The translations under genes were made by a program, and so were the position numbers. Under the pieces are notes generated by a model, which searched no databases, was not told the origin of the DNA, and saw nothing but the letters and a program-made list of their open reading frames with translations. Below are positions 11,663 through 24,180 of a DNA stretch of 64,000 bases, piece by piece (position 1 is the first letter of the stretch; each line of letters begins with the position of its first letter). Source of the stretch: Squalus acanthias (lineage: Eukaryota); NCBI GenBank assembly GCA_030390025.1, contig CM059432.1, positions 9,982,001 through 10,046,000 of the forward strand. The letters run 5' to 3'.

Positions 11663-14034
11663 TGGGCTAAGAACGGGGAGGTACTCATCAAGGACAGAGA
11701 GGCAGTCAGTGCACACTGGAAGGAGCACTTCGAAGATCTCCTTAACCGAGACTCTGTCTTCGACATGAGTGTCCTCAACTCCATCCCGCAGCATGCTACC
11801 CGCCACCATCTTGGGCAACACGGTGGCATAGTGGTTAGCACTGGTGCCTCACAGCGCCAGAGACCCGGGTTCGAATCTGACCTCGGGTGACTGTCTGTGT
11901 GGAGTTTGCACATTCTCCCCGTGTCTGCGTGGGTTTCCTCCGGGTGCTCCGGTTTCCTCCCACAGTCCAAAAATGTGTGGGTTAGGTTGATTTGGCTATG
12001 ATAAATTGACCCTTAGTGTTAGGGGGGATTAAATATGTGGGGTTATGGGGATAGGATGGGATATGTTAGGGGGAATTAAATACGTGGGGTTATGGGGGTA
12101 GGGTGGGATATGTGTACTGTGGGGATTAAAGCAGGGACAAGGTACTGGATTTGGATGATCAGCCATGATCGTATTGAATGGCGGAGCAGGCTCGACGGGC
12201 CGAATGGCCTTCTCCTGCTCCTAGATTCTATGTTTCTATGTTTCTATCTCAGCACAATCCCAGCCTGGCATGAGGTTGAAAAGGCCATCGACAACTGAAG
12301 AACAACAAGGCCTCAGGAGCAGATGGAATCCCTGCCGAGGCACTAAAGCATGGCGGATAAGCACTATTGGCATGAATTCATGAACTCATTTCTCTTATAT
12401 GGAAGGAAGAGAGCATGCCAGGGGATCTCAGAGATGCCATAATTGTGACCATCTTCAAGAAAGGTGACAAATCCGATTGCGGTAATTACAGAGGAGTTTC
12501 CCTGCTGTCTGCCACAGGGAAAGTCATCACAAGAATCCTCCTCAATCGCCTTCTCTCAGTGGTCGAAGAGCTCCTCCCAGAGTCGCAATGCGGATTCCGC
12601 CCACTAAGGGGCACAATGGACATGATCTTCACCGCGCGTCAATTACAAGAGAAATGCAGGGAACAGCACCAACCGCTGTACATGGCCGCCTTTGACCTGA
12701 CAAAGGCCTTCGACACTGTTAACCGTGAGGGATTATGGAGTGTCCTCCTCAAATTCGGCTGCCTCAAAAGTTTGTCACCATCCTCCGCCTGCTTCACAAC
12801 AACATGCAAGACGTGATCATGACCAATGGTTCCAACACAGACCCAATTCACATACGGACCAGGGTCAAGCAAGGCTGGGTCATCGCACCAACGCTCTTCT
12901 CGATCTTCCTTGCTGCAATGCTCCATCTCACCCTCAATAAGCTCCCCGCTGGAGTGGAGCTAATCTACAGAACAAACGGGAAACTGTTCAACCTCCGTCG
13001 CTTCCAGTCCAGATCCAAGGTCGTCCCATCCTCTGTCATCGAATTACAGTATGCAGACGACGCTTGCGTCTGCGCTCACTCGGAGGCCGAACTCCAAACC
13101 ATCATCAACACCTTCACAGAAGCGTACGAGAGCATGGGCCTTACACTAAACATCCGTAAGACAAAGGCCCTCTACCAACCTGCCCCTGCCACACAGTACA
13201 GCCCCCCGACTATCAAAATCCACGACAAGGCCTTGGACAACGTGAACCACTTTCCATACCTCGGGAGCCTACTGTCAACAAGGGCAGACGTTGATGACGA
13301 AGTCCAACACCGCCTTCTGTGTGCCAGTGCAGCCTTCGGTCACCTGAGGAAGAGAGTGTTTGAAGACCAGGACCTCAAACCCGGCACTAAGCTCATGGTC
13401 TACAGAGCAGCAGTGATACCCACCCTGCTGTATGCCTCAGAGACATGGACCATGTACAGCAGGCACCTCAAAGCACTGGAGAGGTACCACCAACGCTGCC
13501 TCCACAAGATCCTGCAAATCCACTGGCAGGATAGGTGCACCAACGTCAGTGTTCTCACTCAGGCCGACATCCCCAACATCGAAGCTTTGACCACGCTCGA
13601 TCAGCTCCGATGGAAGGGTCACATCGTCTGAATGCCCGATACAAGACTCCCAAAGCAAGCGCTCTACTCGGAGCTCTGACATGACAAGCGAGCCCCAGGT
13701 GGGCAGAGTAAACGCTTCAAGGAAACCCTCAAAGCCTCCTTGAAAAAGTGCAACATCCCCACTGACACCTGGGAATCCCTGGCCCAAGACCACACAAAGT
13801 GGAGGAGAAGCATCCGGGAAGGCGCCGAACACCTCGAGTCTCTTCGCCAGGAGCAAGCGGAAACCAAGCGCAAACAGCACAAGGAGCGCACGTCAAACCA
13901 AGCACCCCACCCACCGTCTGCCCCACCTGTGACAGAAACTGTAGGTCCCGCATTGGACTCATCAGTCACCTGCAAACTCAATTTTAATGTGGAAGCAAGT
14001 CATCCTCGGTTCCGAGGGACTGCCTAAGAGAGAG
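11663..14034 (+). mobile_element. RTE-clade (BovB-like) LINE, 5'-truncated, interrupted by a V-SINE
   Basis: CGNYRGVSLLS..ESQCGFR..DLTKAFDTV, LQYADD, C-terminal CPTC..H..H finger; (AG)n tail. Confidence 0.95.
11813..12247 (+). mobile_element. HE1-like V-SINE with CR1-derived tail
   Basis: tRNA-like A box TGGCATAGTGG and B box GGTTCGAATC; V-domain TGTGTGGAGTTTGCACATTCTCCCCGTGTCTGCGTGGGTTTCCTCCGGGTGCTCCGGTTTCCTCCCAC; CR1 3' UTR with (TTTCTATG)n. Confidence 0.9.
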
Positions 14035-14291
14035 ATTTCCAGCATTTTCTGTTTTTATTTCAGGAGTAAGTGGGCTTGTGATGTCCCAGATCATTGCCCA
14101 GAATGGTTAGTTGTGGGGGCCAGATTCAAAGGGGTGTAGGGGAGTGCGGGATGGTGTATGTATTTGTGCTGTCAGTTTAAAAAAATATAAGGATAGCTTT
14201 TGTTCTGAAACATTAGTACAGTATTTGGTTTGGCGCAAAAATGATTAAAAATGTCTCACTGACGTATAGTCGACATTCAATCATTTTTTAG

Positions 14292-14387
14292 GAGGATTAC
14301 AACGCAGCGCAATTCTTCCGGCAGAATCCTGTGACTCCCCCTCTCTTCACCACTAGCCCCAAACCAGCAGAATTACCTTTAAAATAG
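14292..14387 (+). other. Candidate terminal exon
   Basis: Branch-like CACTGAC then tcattttttag acceptor; unique sequence; no recognisable product. Confidence 0.25.
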
Positions 14388-14539
14388 TTATCACCGTACA
14401 ATTGTAAGATGCCCGCCAGCCAGTGCATATCTAAACCCTTGACCATCCCTGTGAACCATTCCTTCATCTCTCTCATGCCACAATTAATCACCTTCATATT
14501 ATTAGAACGACACAAGATCGCAAGATAATGACAGATGAA

Positions 14540-14685
14540 CATAGAACATAAGAATTAGGAGCAGGAGTCGGCCATTTGGCCCTTCGAGCCTGCTCCGCCA
14601 TTCAATGAGATCATGGCTGATCTTTACCTCAACTCCACCTTCCTGCACTATCCCCATATCCCTTGATTCCCTTAATATTCAAAAA
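14540..14685 (-). mobile_element. CR1 3' UTR fragment
   Basis: GGAGCAGGAGTCGGCCATTTGGCCCTTCGAGCCTGCTCCGCCATTCAAT. Confidence 0.85.
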
Positions 14686-14749
14686 TGGGGAAGGCATTTG
14701 ACCCATCTCAGTTCATCCATCCAGAAAGGTTCTAAAGTCTCCGTTTCTG

Positions 14750-14935
14750 CAGCACCTCTTAGGTTTATCACCTCCACCAAGAGCTAAAATCCTGCTCGAG
14801 GTTCCCTTCCTGGCCCCTACTGCCACCTGGGAGGTTTAATTCAGCCAACGCAGCCCACATCGGGAATCGAACCCCGAACCTTTTGTCTGTGCGACTCAAT
14901 TGCATGTTGGCCTTTACCAAATCAGCAACGGGGGG
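14750..14935 (-). mobile_element. Old tRNA-derived SINE head
   Basis: Minus strand A-box-like GCTGATTTGGTAA and B box GGTTCGATTCC. Confidence 0.5.
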
Positions 14936-15194
14936 CACCGCTTTTCGGCTCTGCCGGCCAGCGTGAGCATGTGGGTGGTCCATTAGAATTCAATCATATA
15001 TATCATTATTCTGTAACATTGCCAGGGCATTTGTTGATTGCATTGTTCAATTTGTACCGCTCATTACCTGTGTACAACGTTTTGTTCCTGGTGATTAACG
15101 ACCAGCAAAAAATATACATAAAAACCACACTCCCAAAGCTTACAAAGTTCGCTAAGGTGACTATTCATTGGTCGAGAAGTTCCGTAGATTCTCC

Positions 15195-15376
15195 GGCCCA
15201 GAAATTCGACTCGGGCGGTGATGCAAAACTGGCAGTATTGGATCGGCCGGCAATAAAATGCAGCGCCTGATGGTCAGTCCATTGCAGTCAGTAGAACAGA
15301 ATGCCAGGCACTGCTTATAACGGGCCGATCCGATACCGCCCGTATTGCGCCACAGCCAGAGATGAACTTCTAGGCC
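15195..15376. mobile_element. Short fold-back MITE with Harbinger-type termini
   Basis: GGCCCAGAAATTC...GAACTTCTAGGCC; internal IR GGCAGTATTGGATCGGCC / GGCCGATCCGATACCGCC. Confidence 0.7.
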
Positions 15377-15482
15377 GCGGTAAATAAAAGCAATATTCTG
15401 CCAGAAGATGAGTGTTACATTAGTCTGGAGCCCGCAGTGTTTTGAACTGAATGCAGGTTTATACAAAGATCAAAAATCCTCT

Positions 15483-15985
15483 TCATAGAATCTCACAGCA
15501 CAGGAGGAGGCCATTCGGCCCGTCGTGCCTGTGCCGGCTCTCTGAAGGAGCCGTCCAATTTAGTCCCACACCCCAGCCTTTTTCCCCCAAATTAGTCCTC
15601 TTCGAGTACATGTCCAGTTGCCTTTTGAAAGTTCCTGTGGAATCTGATTCCACCACCCCTTTCATGCAGTGCGTTCCAGACCATAACAACCCTCAGTGTG
15701 AAAACATTTCCCCTCGTTTCCCCTCTGGTTCTTCTGCCAATTATTTTAAATCTGTGTCCTCTGGTCACCGACCCACTTGTCAAAGGAAACCGTTTCTCCC
15801 TACTCGCTCTATCAAAAGCCCTCGTAATTTTGAACACCTCTAATAGCTCTCCCCTTAACCTTCGCTGCTGTAAGGAGCAGCTTCTCCAATCTCTCTACGT
15901 AACTGAACTCCCTCATCCCTGGCGTCATCCTGGTAAACCTCTTCTGTACCCTCTCCAGGGCCTTGACATCCTTCGTAAAATGCTG
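15483..15985 (-). mobile_element. CR1 3' fragment
   Basis: TRGHRFKIIG..FTLRVVMVWNAL. Confidence 0.9.
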
Positions 15986-16077
15986 TTATTGTACAAAAAG
16001 TGGTAACTCTGGATTCATGGGGAAAAAAGTGAAGGAATACGAGGAGAAAAGCTGTTAAATCCAGGCCTGGTCTTAAG

Positions 16078-16144
16078 TTACAGCCATTGAATCGGAAACG
16101 GTTTATCTTCCTGTAATGGACGTACACTCCTGAGCAGAGCCTGC
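16078..16144 (-). CDS. Candidate terminal coding exon (QALLRSVRPLQEDKPFPIQWL*)
   Basis: Acceptor tttctctttatag; phase-compatible with candidate exon 17259-17312; product not recognised. Confidence 0.25.
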
Positions 16145-16339
16145 CTATAAAGAGAAACCGATACCTTGTCAAACACTGGAACTAAACACTGCCTCAATGC
16201 CAAACAGTGTACAGGAACGCTGAATTCAAACCTGGAATTATGAAGGACACAATTCCTGCTATAGTACTGAGTTATACTGACCAGCAGGTCCCCTGTTTAA
16301 GTTCTGGTCTGGGCCGTGTTTATGGAGTCTGGACAGATT

Positions 16340-17252
16340 TCTGGCTTCTGATCATGAAAGTGCCTGTTGGCTTGTGTGGAGCATAAACACCATGAACGGC
16401 ATGGACCAGTTGGGCCAATTGTGCCTGTTTCTGTCGTGCAAATTCCATGTAATTCACAGAATGATACAGCACGGAAGGAGGCCATTCAGCCCATCGTGCC
16501 TGTGCCGGCTCTTTGGTCGAACGACCCGATTAGTCCCACTCCCTCGCTCTTTCCCCCGCAGTCCTGTATTTTTTTCCCCCTTCAAATATTTATCCAATTC
16601 CCTTTTGAAAGTTCTCCATTGAATCTGCTGCCGCCGCCCTTTCAGGCAGCGCATTCCGAATCACAGCAAGTCGCTGCTTGAAAAATTCTAGGTAAAACCC
16701 AGTCATCTGCTTGTTGGGAAGCAATGTTGAAGAGTTTTTCTTGCACTCAGACCTGCGCTGCTCAGTATGAATTATTTCAGTTGTCAAGCAAGAGTTGAGC
16801 CACGTTAGATTACACAGGATTGCATCGGATACGCAGCACAGAAACAGGCCATTCGGCCCAACCAGTCCATGCCGGCGTTTATGATCCACTTGAGCCTCCG
16901 CCCATCCTTCCTCATCTAACTCTATCAGCATAACCCTCTATTCCTTTCTCCCTCATGTGATTATCCAGCCTCTCCTTAAATGTATCTATTGTCTCAACCA
17001 CTCCCTGTGGTAGCGAGTTCCACATTCTCACCACTCTCTGGGTAAAGCAGTTTCTTCTGAATTCCCTATTGGATTTCTTGGTGACTATCTTATATTGATG
17101 GCTTCTAGTTTTGCTCTTCCCCACAAGTGGAAACACTCTCTCTGTATCCACTCTATCAAAACCTTTCATAATTTTAAAGACCTCTATTAGGTCACCCCTC
17201 AGCCGACCCAGCCTGTTCATTCTTTCCTGATGGGTATACCCTCGCAGTTCTG
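16340..17252. mobile_element. Cluster of CR1 3' fragments (+ tail ~16340-16450; - ~16455-16680; - ~16810-17252)
   Basis: RLRGDLIEVFKIMKGFDRVD..FTQRVVRMWNSLP and CR1 3' UTRs. Confidence 0.85.
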
Positions 17253-17258
17253 CCTTAC

Positions 17259-17312
17259 CCTTGCACCGGTGTTTGCTGCTCTTCCTTATCTTGTTTGCTT
17301 TTGATATTTGAA
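17259..17312 (-). CDS. Candidate 54-nt exon (SNIKSKQDKEEQQTPVQG)
   Basis: ttattgctattcag acceptor, GG|gtaagg donor, phase 2 to 2. Confidence 0.2.
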
Positions 17313-17689
17313 CTGAATAGCAATAACTATACGTGGAAAATACCTAGTGAGCCTTTGGAGCTTGTAAAGTGCTTGTGCCTGTGATCTAATAAATCAATCA
17401 ATCAGTGTGTGTTTGCTTTTAAAACAAAGAGAATGGCACTAATGCTTACTCCCTGGAAACCGGGGAGAAAAGTAAACGGCAATCGCAAGTATTGTTTGGA
17501 ACAGTTTAAATTATAATTCCCTATCACTTTAAAATGTAATAGTATTTAGATAGCATTGTTGGTAAAAATGCATTTATCAATTTTCTTACTAACGCATGCA
17601 CGTGACAGGACATTCACTATTGAGAAAGTGCCGAAGAGCGCAAACTAGTTAGAATGAAGGTTGACTGATCAAATAACAATTTTATATTT

Positions 17690-18085
17690 TAAAATTCTCA
17701 TCCTTGTTTTCAAATCCCTCCATTGCCTCGCCCCTCCCTATCTCTGTAATCTCCTCCAGCCCCACAATCCCCCCGAGATATCTGCGCTCCTCCAATTCTG
17801 CCCTCTTGAGCATCCCCGATTATAATCCCTTAACCTTTGGTGGCCGTGCCTCCTGTTGCCTCGGCCCTAAGCTCTGGAACTCCCCTCCCTAAACCTTTCC
17901 GTCTCTCTACCTCTCTTTCCTCCTTTAAGACGCTCCTTCAAACCAACCTCTTTGACCAAGCTTCCCTAATTTATCCTTATGTGGCTCGGTGTCAAATTGT
18001 GTTTTATAATATTCCTGTGAAGCGCCTTGGGATGTTTTACAATGTTAAAAGCGCTATGTAAATACAAGTTGCTGTTGTTGTTGTT
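17690..18085 (+). mobile_element. L2-type LINE 3' end
   Basis: Homologous to 5720-6112; (TTG)n tail. Confidence 0.9.
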
Positions 18086-18164
18086 ACTAAATTGTGTGAC
18101 ATCATCTGCTAAATCTGCATCATCTCTGCTTCAATGTAGTGGTCCAGCTTTCCATTGATGTCAC

Positions 18165-19262
18165 CCGCTCTATTTATTTAAGAGGCAATATGAACTGAAT
18201 GGTACAATTTTAAAGGGGGTGCAGGAACAGAGAGACCTGGGGGTGTATGTACACAAGTCTTTAAGGTGACAGGACAAGTTGAGAAGGCTCTTAACATAGA
18301 GAAACATAGAAAAATAGGAGCAGGAGTAGGCCATTCGGCCCTTCGAGCCTGCTCCGCCATTCAATATGATCATGGCTGATCCTCTATCTCAATACTGTAT
18401 TCCCACTCTCTCCATACCCCTTGATGCCTTTTGTGTCTGGAAATCTATCTATCTCCTTCTTAAATATATTCAGTGACTTGGCCTCCACAGCCTTCTGTGG
18501 TAGAGAATTCCACAGGTTCACCACCCTCTGAGTGAAGAAATTTCTCCTCATCTCAGTCCTAAATGTCCTACCCCGTATCCTGAGACTGTGACCCCTCGTT
18601 CTAGACCCCCCAGCCAGGGGAAACCTTAAAAAGGCATACAGGATCCTTGGCTTTATTCATAGAGTACAAAAGCAAGGAAGTTATCCGAAACCTTTATAAA
18701 ACACTGGTTCGGTCCCAGCTGGAGGATTCTGGGAACCACACTTTAGGAAGGATGTCACGGCCTTCGAGAGAACGCAGAGGAGATTCACTAGAATGGTACC
18801 AGGGATGAGGGACTTCAGATACTTGGAGAGACTGGAGAAGCTGGGATTGTTCTCCTTAGAGCAGAGAAGGCTAAGGGGAGATTTGATAGGGTGTGTTCAA
18901 AATCTTGAAGGGTTTTGATAGGGTAAATAAGGAGAAACTGCTTCCAGTGGCAGAAGGGTCAGTAACCAGAGGACACAGATTTAAGGTGATTGGCAACAGA
19001 ACCAGAGGCGACGTGAGGTAAAAAAATTTATGCAGTGAGTGGTTACGATCTGGAATGCGCTGCCTGAAAGGGCGGTGGAAGCAGATTCAATAATAATTTT
19101 CAAAAGGGAATTGGATAAATACGTGAAAAGGAAAAGATTACAGGGCTATGGGGAAAGAGCGGGGGAAGTGGGATTAATTGGAGAGCTTTTTCAAAGAGCC
19201 GGCACAGGCACGATGGGCCGAATGATCTCCTTCTGTGCTGTATGATTCTATTATTCTATGAT
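18165..19262 (+). mobile_element. CR1 3' fragment with nested opposite-strand CR1 (18293-18623)
   Basis: Host reading resumes after 18623; both have CR1 3' UTR and microsatellite tails. Confidence 0.85.
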
Positions 19263-19339
19263 TAATGATTTCCATTCATAAAATCTTTCTGCTGTGGAGT
19301 GTTGTGCTTCCTGTCTTCCATCTGCATTGTGGGACTAGG

Positions 19340-19740
19340 AGCTTGGCTCAGCTGATAGTACTCTGCCTCGAGTCAGAAGATCATCCCTTCAAGCCTCACT
19401 ACAGGACCTGAGTGCAAATACACTAGGCTGACATGTTAGTACAGTATTGAGTGAATGCTGCATCGCTGAACGTGCCATCCTTTAGATAAGAGCCACTGTC
19501 TGATCTGCCGGTTCAGGGGTGGATGTTACAGATCCTGCGGCAATATTTTGAGAAGATCAGGTAGCTCTCCTCGTAGCCGGGCCAACATTTCTCCCTCAAC
19601 CAACAGAAACCAATCGACCAGTCATCGTCTCATTGCTGTCAGGTCTTGCTGTGAACAAAATAGGAGCTGTGTTTGCCTGCCTGACAACAGTAACTGCACT
19701 TTCAGAAGTGACACATTGCATGTTAAAGCACTTTGGGCTG
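19340..19740 (+). mobile_element. DeuSINE (SacSINE1-like), degraded
   Basis: Homologous to the reverse complement of 29745-30194. Confidence 0.7.
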
Positions 19741-20273
19741 AGGCTTGAGAGCAGCTCGTACTGAACCTAGGCCCACAATATCTTGAACCTATCACTTGCC
19801 TTCTCAATATGAGTGAATTTAAACATCCAATTGTATATTGTAGTTGTCTGAATGTATAGCTGTAGTAAGCCAAAATGATCCAGGTGACCCCGCAAAGGAA
19901 TTGAAGTATAATACTGGTGGTAGCAGCTCGACACAAGTGACCAGTGAAGGATTTCTGGACTTTATACCAGGATTACTTACCTGCTAAAGGAAAGGAGTTT
20001 GGTTAAAAGAATCGTTAAACTGGCTGTTCAAGAGGGCATGCTGGGAAGGTTTGACCAAATTCGAAAAGAGTTACGCAGACTGTCTGGAAAGCTACGGGAA
20101 AAACAAGCCTTGAGAGACTGTGGGAATCTGTCGTAAACACCAGGGGCTGTTTGGTAGCGTCAGTTTGTGTAACCACGGGAAAGAGAATGGAAAATTACTG
20201 AAAGAGGTTATTATTGTCAGCAAGAATGGTCTAAGAGACAGTCCACGAGACTGACCAGGGCTCCGTACACTAG

Positions 20274-20937
20274 TGGAGCTGGGTGTCGTCAGCGCACATG
20301 GCGTTGTGTTTTCAGATGATGTCGCCGAGTGGCAGCATGTCGATGAGAAATAGGAGGGGGGCCAAGGAAAGATTCTTGGGGGGACGGACACCAGAGGTAA
20401 CAGTACGGGAGCGGGAAGAGAAGCCGTTGCAGGTGATTCTCTGGTTACGATTAGATAGATAAGAATGGAACCAGGCGAGTGCAGTCCCACCCAGCTGGAC
20501 GATGGTGGAGAGGCGTTGGAGGAGGATGGAGTGGTCAACCGTGTCAAAGGCTGCAGACAAATCAAGAAGGACGAGGAGGGATAGTTTGCCATGGTCACAT
20601 AGGATGTTATTTGTGACTTTGCTGAGAGCCGTTTCGGTACTGTGGCAGGGGCGGAAACCTGATTGGTGGGATTCAAACGTGGAGTTCTGGAAAAGATGGG
20701 CACGGATTTGGGAGGCGACAGCACTTTCAAGGACTTTGGAGAGGAAAGGGAGGTTGAGATGGGGCGGTAGATTGCAAGGACAGAGGGGTGGGGTGATGAC
20801 GGCAGATTTGGAGGGGTGGGGACAGTACCTGAGGAGAGAGAACCGTTAAAAATATCAGCTAACATGGAGGCCAGGAAGGGTAATTGGGTGATCAGCAGTT
20901 TAGTGGGAATAGGCTCAAGGGGGCAGGAGATGACCAC
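20274..20937 (-). mobile_element. L2 LINE RT fragment
   Basis: LSAAFDTVDHSILLQRL..GTALAWFHSYLSNRNQ. Confidence 0.9.
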
Positions 20938-21260
20938 TACCAGATGAACACATCACAAATCACTACAACAAATTAAGCATTTTGTGGGCAGCAAGCAGTA
21001 GATGGGCTTGAAATGTTTTTGAGGTATAGGTACATCAATTGTACTCATAACTGATTGCAACAATAGTTATTAATAAGCAAGTTAGAATTATTAGAAATGA
21101 CACCAAATTGGGAGGTATAGTTAATATAAGGGAAGAATGTGACAAAATGCAGGAAGACTTGCAGAGTGGGCGTGTAATTGCTAAATTTACTTCACTATGA
21201 GTGTGAGGTGGTGCATTTTGGTAAGAAGAATAAGGAGGCCACATACTCTTTGGAAAATAA

Positions 21261-21986
21261 GGGCCAGAAATTCGGTGCATTTGCGCCTCCCGTTAGCACC
21301 TCCGGGGGGCGTTAACGGGGCACAAATGACTCTTCGTCCAGGCGTGGCGCCGCCAACCACTCCCGCTAAATTCAGTGGGAGTATAGCAGCGGCGGTAACC
21401 GGTAGCGCAGGCAATGGCGACGTCATCACCGTGTGCAGCGTCCCGTTTTTGCCCCGCCTGCTAAATTGGCCCGCGCCCCCTTGAATCTGCGCCGGGCGAT
21501 GACAGCGACGGCTTCAGGGGGCGGGATTGGAGCGGCAGGAGGCTCGCGGGGCGGTAAGTAAAGGGGGAAGAAAAATTCGGCCTACTTACTTGTTGCGTCT
21601 TTCAACGCGGGGGGTCCGTGCCGCGATCTGGCAGCCCGGCACTCCTCTCGTGTGCCGGGCTGCTGGCACTGCACCCCGCTCCCCGGTGGTCCAGGTCGGG
21701 CCCCGCAGAGTTGTGGGCTTGGGCCCTCCCCTTTAATGAGGGGAAGAGCCCTTCCATGCGGCAGCGCTACGTGGCCCAGTGCGCAGCGCTGCAGAACGCA
21801 CCGCCCCAAAATTCGGGGTTAGCGCTCGAAGGAGGAAGAGGAGCGCTTGAATTAACGCTCCACCTCCCTCTTGGGGCACTAAAACTGAAGTTCGCGATCA
21901 TCGGCGCTATTTTTCACCGGGCGCTAAATTTAGCGCCCAGGGGGGATGTTGGCAACCCAATATGGTGACTAACGAATTTTTCCCCC
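21261..21986. mobile_element. PIF/Harbinger-type MITE
   Basis: Imperfect TIRs GGGCCAGAAATTCG / CGAATTTTTCCCCC; TAA TSD at 21258-21260 and 21987-21989. Confidence 0.85.
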
Positions 21987-22207
21987 TAAGTGTCTAAATG
22001 GAGAAGAGATCGGGGGTACAGATTCACAAATCACTAAAAATAGCGACAAGGTTAATAAGGTCATAAAAAAAAGCAACCCAAATGCCGAGCTTCATTTCTA
22101 GCGGGATAGAATTGAAAAGCACACAAGTTTTGTTAAACTCATATCGAACCTTGGTTAGACCCCGCTTGGCGTACTGTGCACAGTTCTGGTCTCCCTATTA
22201 TAAAAAG

Positions 22208-22449
22208 TCATGATGCGGAGATGCCGGTGTTGGACTGGGGTGGACAAAAACGAGAAGTCGCACAACACCAGGTTATAGTCCAACAGATTTATTTAAAATT
22301 ACAAGCTTTCGGAGCTATCCTGCCCCTTCTTCAGGTAGAGTTACTGTGGCCACTGTAACTCTACCTGAAGAAGGGGCAGGATAGCTCCGAAAGCTTGTAA
22401 TTTTAAATAAATCTGTTGGACTATAACCTGGTGTTGTGCGACTTCTCGT
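22208..22449. mobile_element. PLE family B inverted pseudo-LTR pair (202-bp palindrome 22249-22450), one hammerhead per arm
   Basis: One T/T mismatch seen; 12-bp TSD TATTATAAAAAG at 22196-22207 and 22450-22461; CTGAAGA..GAAA core at 22365. Confidence 0.9.
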
Positions 22450-22671
22450 TATTATAAAAAGGATATAGAGGCACTGGAGAAGGTACAAAATCTGCATGGT
22501 GAGTTTGAGTGAGTAGTTGTGAATAAAGTTTGTGAGGGGGCCAAATACCGAAGCAAATTGGCTTCGCCCCCTTCCCTACAAACTCCGTTCCCTCACCACT
22601 GATTCTCCCCTGTTTGACTCTGGGCTGAGCTACTAACCCCAAATGCTCTCCAGAACAAAGACAATGACAAC

Positions 22672-24180
22672 ACATAGAATCATCGAATCAGAGAATGGTT
22701 ACAGCACGGAAGAAGGCCATTTGGCCCGTCAAGCCCGTGCCGACTCTCTGCAAGAGCACTTCAGCTAGTCCCACTCCCCCACCCTTGCCCCATAGCCCTG
22801 CAATTTATTTTCCTTCAGATACTTATCCAATTCCCTTTTGAAAGATAAGATTGAGTCTGCCTCCACCACCCTTTCAGACTGTGCGTTCCAGATCTTAACC
22901 ACTCGCTGCGTAAAAAAGCTTTTTCTTACGTTGCCTTTGGTTCTTTTGCCAATCACCTTAAATCTGTGTCCTCTGGTTCTCAACCCTCCTGCCAATGGTA
23001 ATAGTTTCTCTCTATCTACTCTGTCCAGACCCCTCATGATTTTGAACACCTCCATCAAATCTCCTCTCAATCATCTCTGCTCCAAGAAGAACAACCCCAG
23101 CTTCTCCAGTCTATCCACATAACTGAAGTCCCTCATTCCTGGAATCATTCTCGTAAATCTTTTCTACACCCTCTCTAAGGCCTTCACCTCCTTCCTAAAG
23201 TGTGATGCCCAGAATTGGACACAATACTCCAGTTGGGGCCGAACCAGTGTTTTATACAGGTTCATCATAATTTCCACACTTTTGTACTCTATACCTCTAT
23301 TCATGAAGCCCAGAATCCCATAAGCTTTTTTAACTACTTTCTCAATCTGCCCTGCCACCTTCAACCATTTGTGCACACATACCCCCAGGTCTCTCTGTTC
23401 GTGCACCCCCTTTAAGATTGTACCCTTTAGTTTATATTTCCTCTCCTCATTCTTTCTACCAAAATGTATCACTTCGTACTTTTCTGCATTAAATTTGATC
23501 TGCCACGTGTCCACCCATTCCACCAGCCTGTCTATGTCTTCCTGAAGTCTATCACTATCCTCCTTACTGTTCACTCTACAGGAAACTCTTTCGTATCCGG
23601 CACCGACGGGACCGGGATGGTGCCGGTTGATTAAAAATTCCGGATAACGGAGAGGTATATCTACCGAGGCTATTTTTAACAAACAAAAATAAAAAAATGA
23701 AGAAATGTGCAGTATAATTGGGTACTCACCTACAGAATGTTGTGTTAAATGGACTCGGACTCAGACTCGGCAACATTTCCGGTTATTGAGGTGTTCGGAT
23801 TGGAAGAGACTTCCGACAGCGCCAAGAAGCCGAGTAGTGGCAGTTTGGAGAACTACCCCCACTGACTAACTCGGCCACCGCGGGAGACTCGGACTCGGAC
23901 TCAGACTCGGCAACATTTCCGGTTATTGAGGTGTTGTTTTTGGAGTAAGAATTTTGCCGGTTATTAGAGAATTCCGGATATTTAGGTGCCGTTTAAACGA
24001 GAGTTTCCTGTACTTCCAAGTTTTGTCTCATCTGCAAATTTTGAAATTGTGCCCCGTACACCCACGTCCAAGTCATTAATATATATCAAGAAAAGCAGTG
24101 GTCCTAGAACCGACCCCTGGGGAACCCCACTGTATACCTTCCTCCAGTCCGAAAAACAACCGTTGACCACTACTCTCTCC
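22672..24180 (-). mobile_element. CR1 RT/3' fragment interrupted by a TA-targeting MITE
   Basis: [31 protein letters not shown] continues into DSDRLQEDIDRL. Confidence 0.95.
23579..24010. mobile_element. Tc1/mariner(pogo)-type MITE
   Basis: TIR CAGGAAACTCT / AGAGTTTCCTG; TA TSD; internal ~45-bp direct repeat at 23751 and 23891. Confidence 0.9.

Larger units (their letters stand above)
21060..22495 (+). mobile_element. Degraded CR1 interrupted by a Harbinger MITE and a PLE palindrome
   Basis: Colinear with the reverse complement of 31600-32040 after removing the inserts. Confidence 0.75.

Noticed and set aside
11813..11890. tRNA gene
   Set aside because: A/B boxes run straight into the V-domain; it is a SINE head. 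The same applies at 45651, 46965 and 30194.
17449..17451. 3-nt microexon (ttccag|GGA|gtaagc, minus strand)
   Set aside because: Equally explained as the end of a longer exon or chance; cannot be supported without reads.
20092..20937. 281-aa Pro/Ser-rich ORF
   Set aside because: Out-of-frame read-through of an L2 RT fragment.
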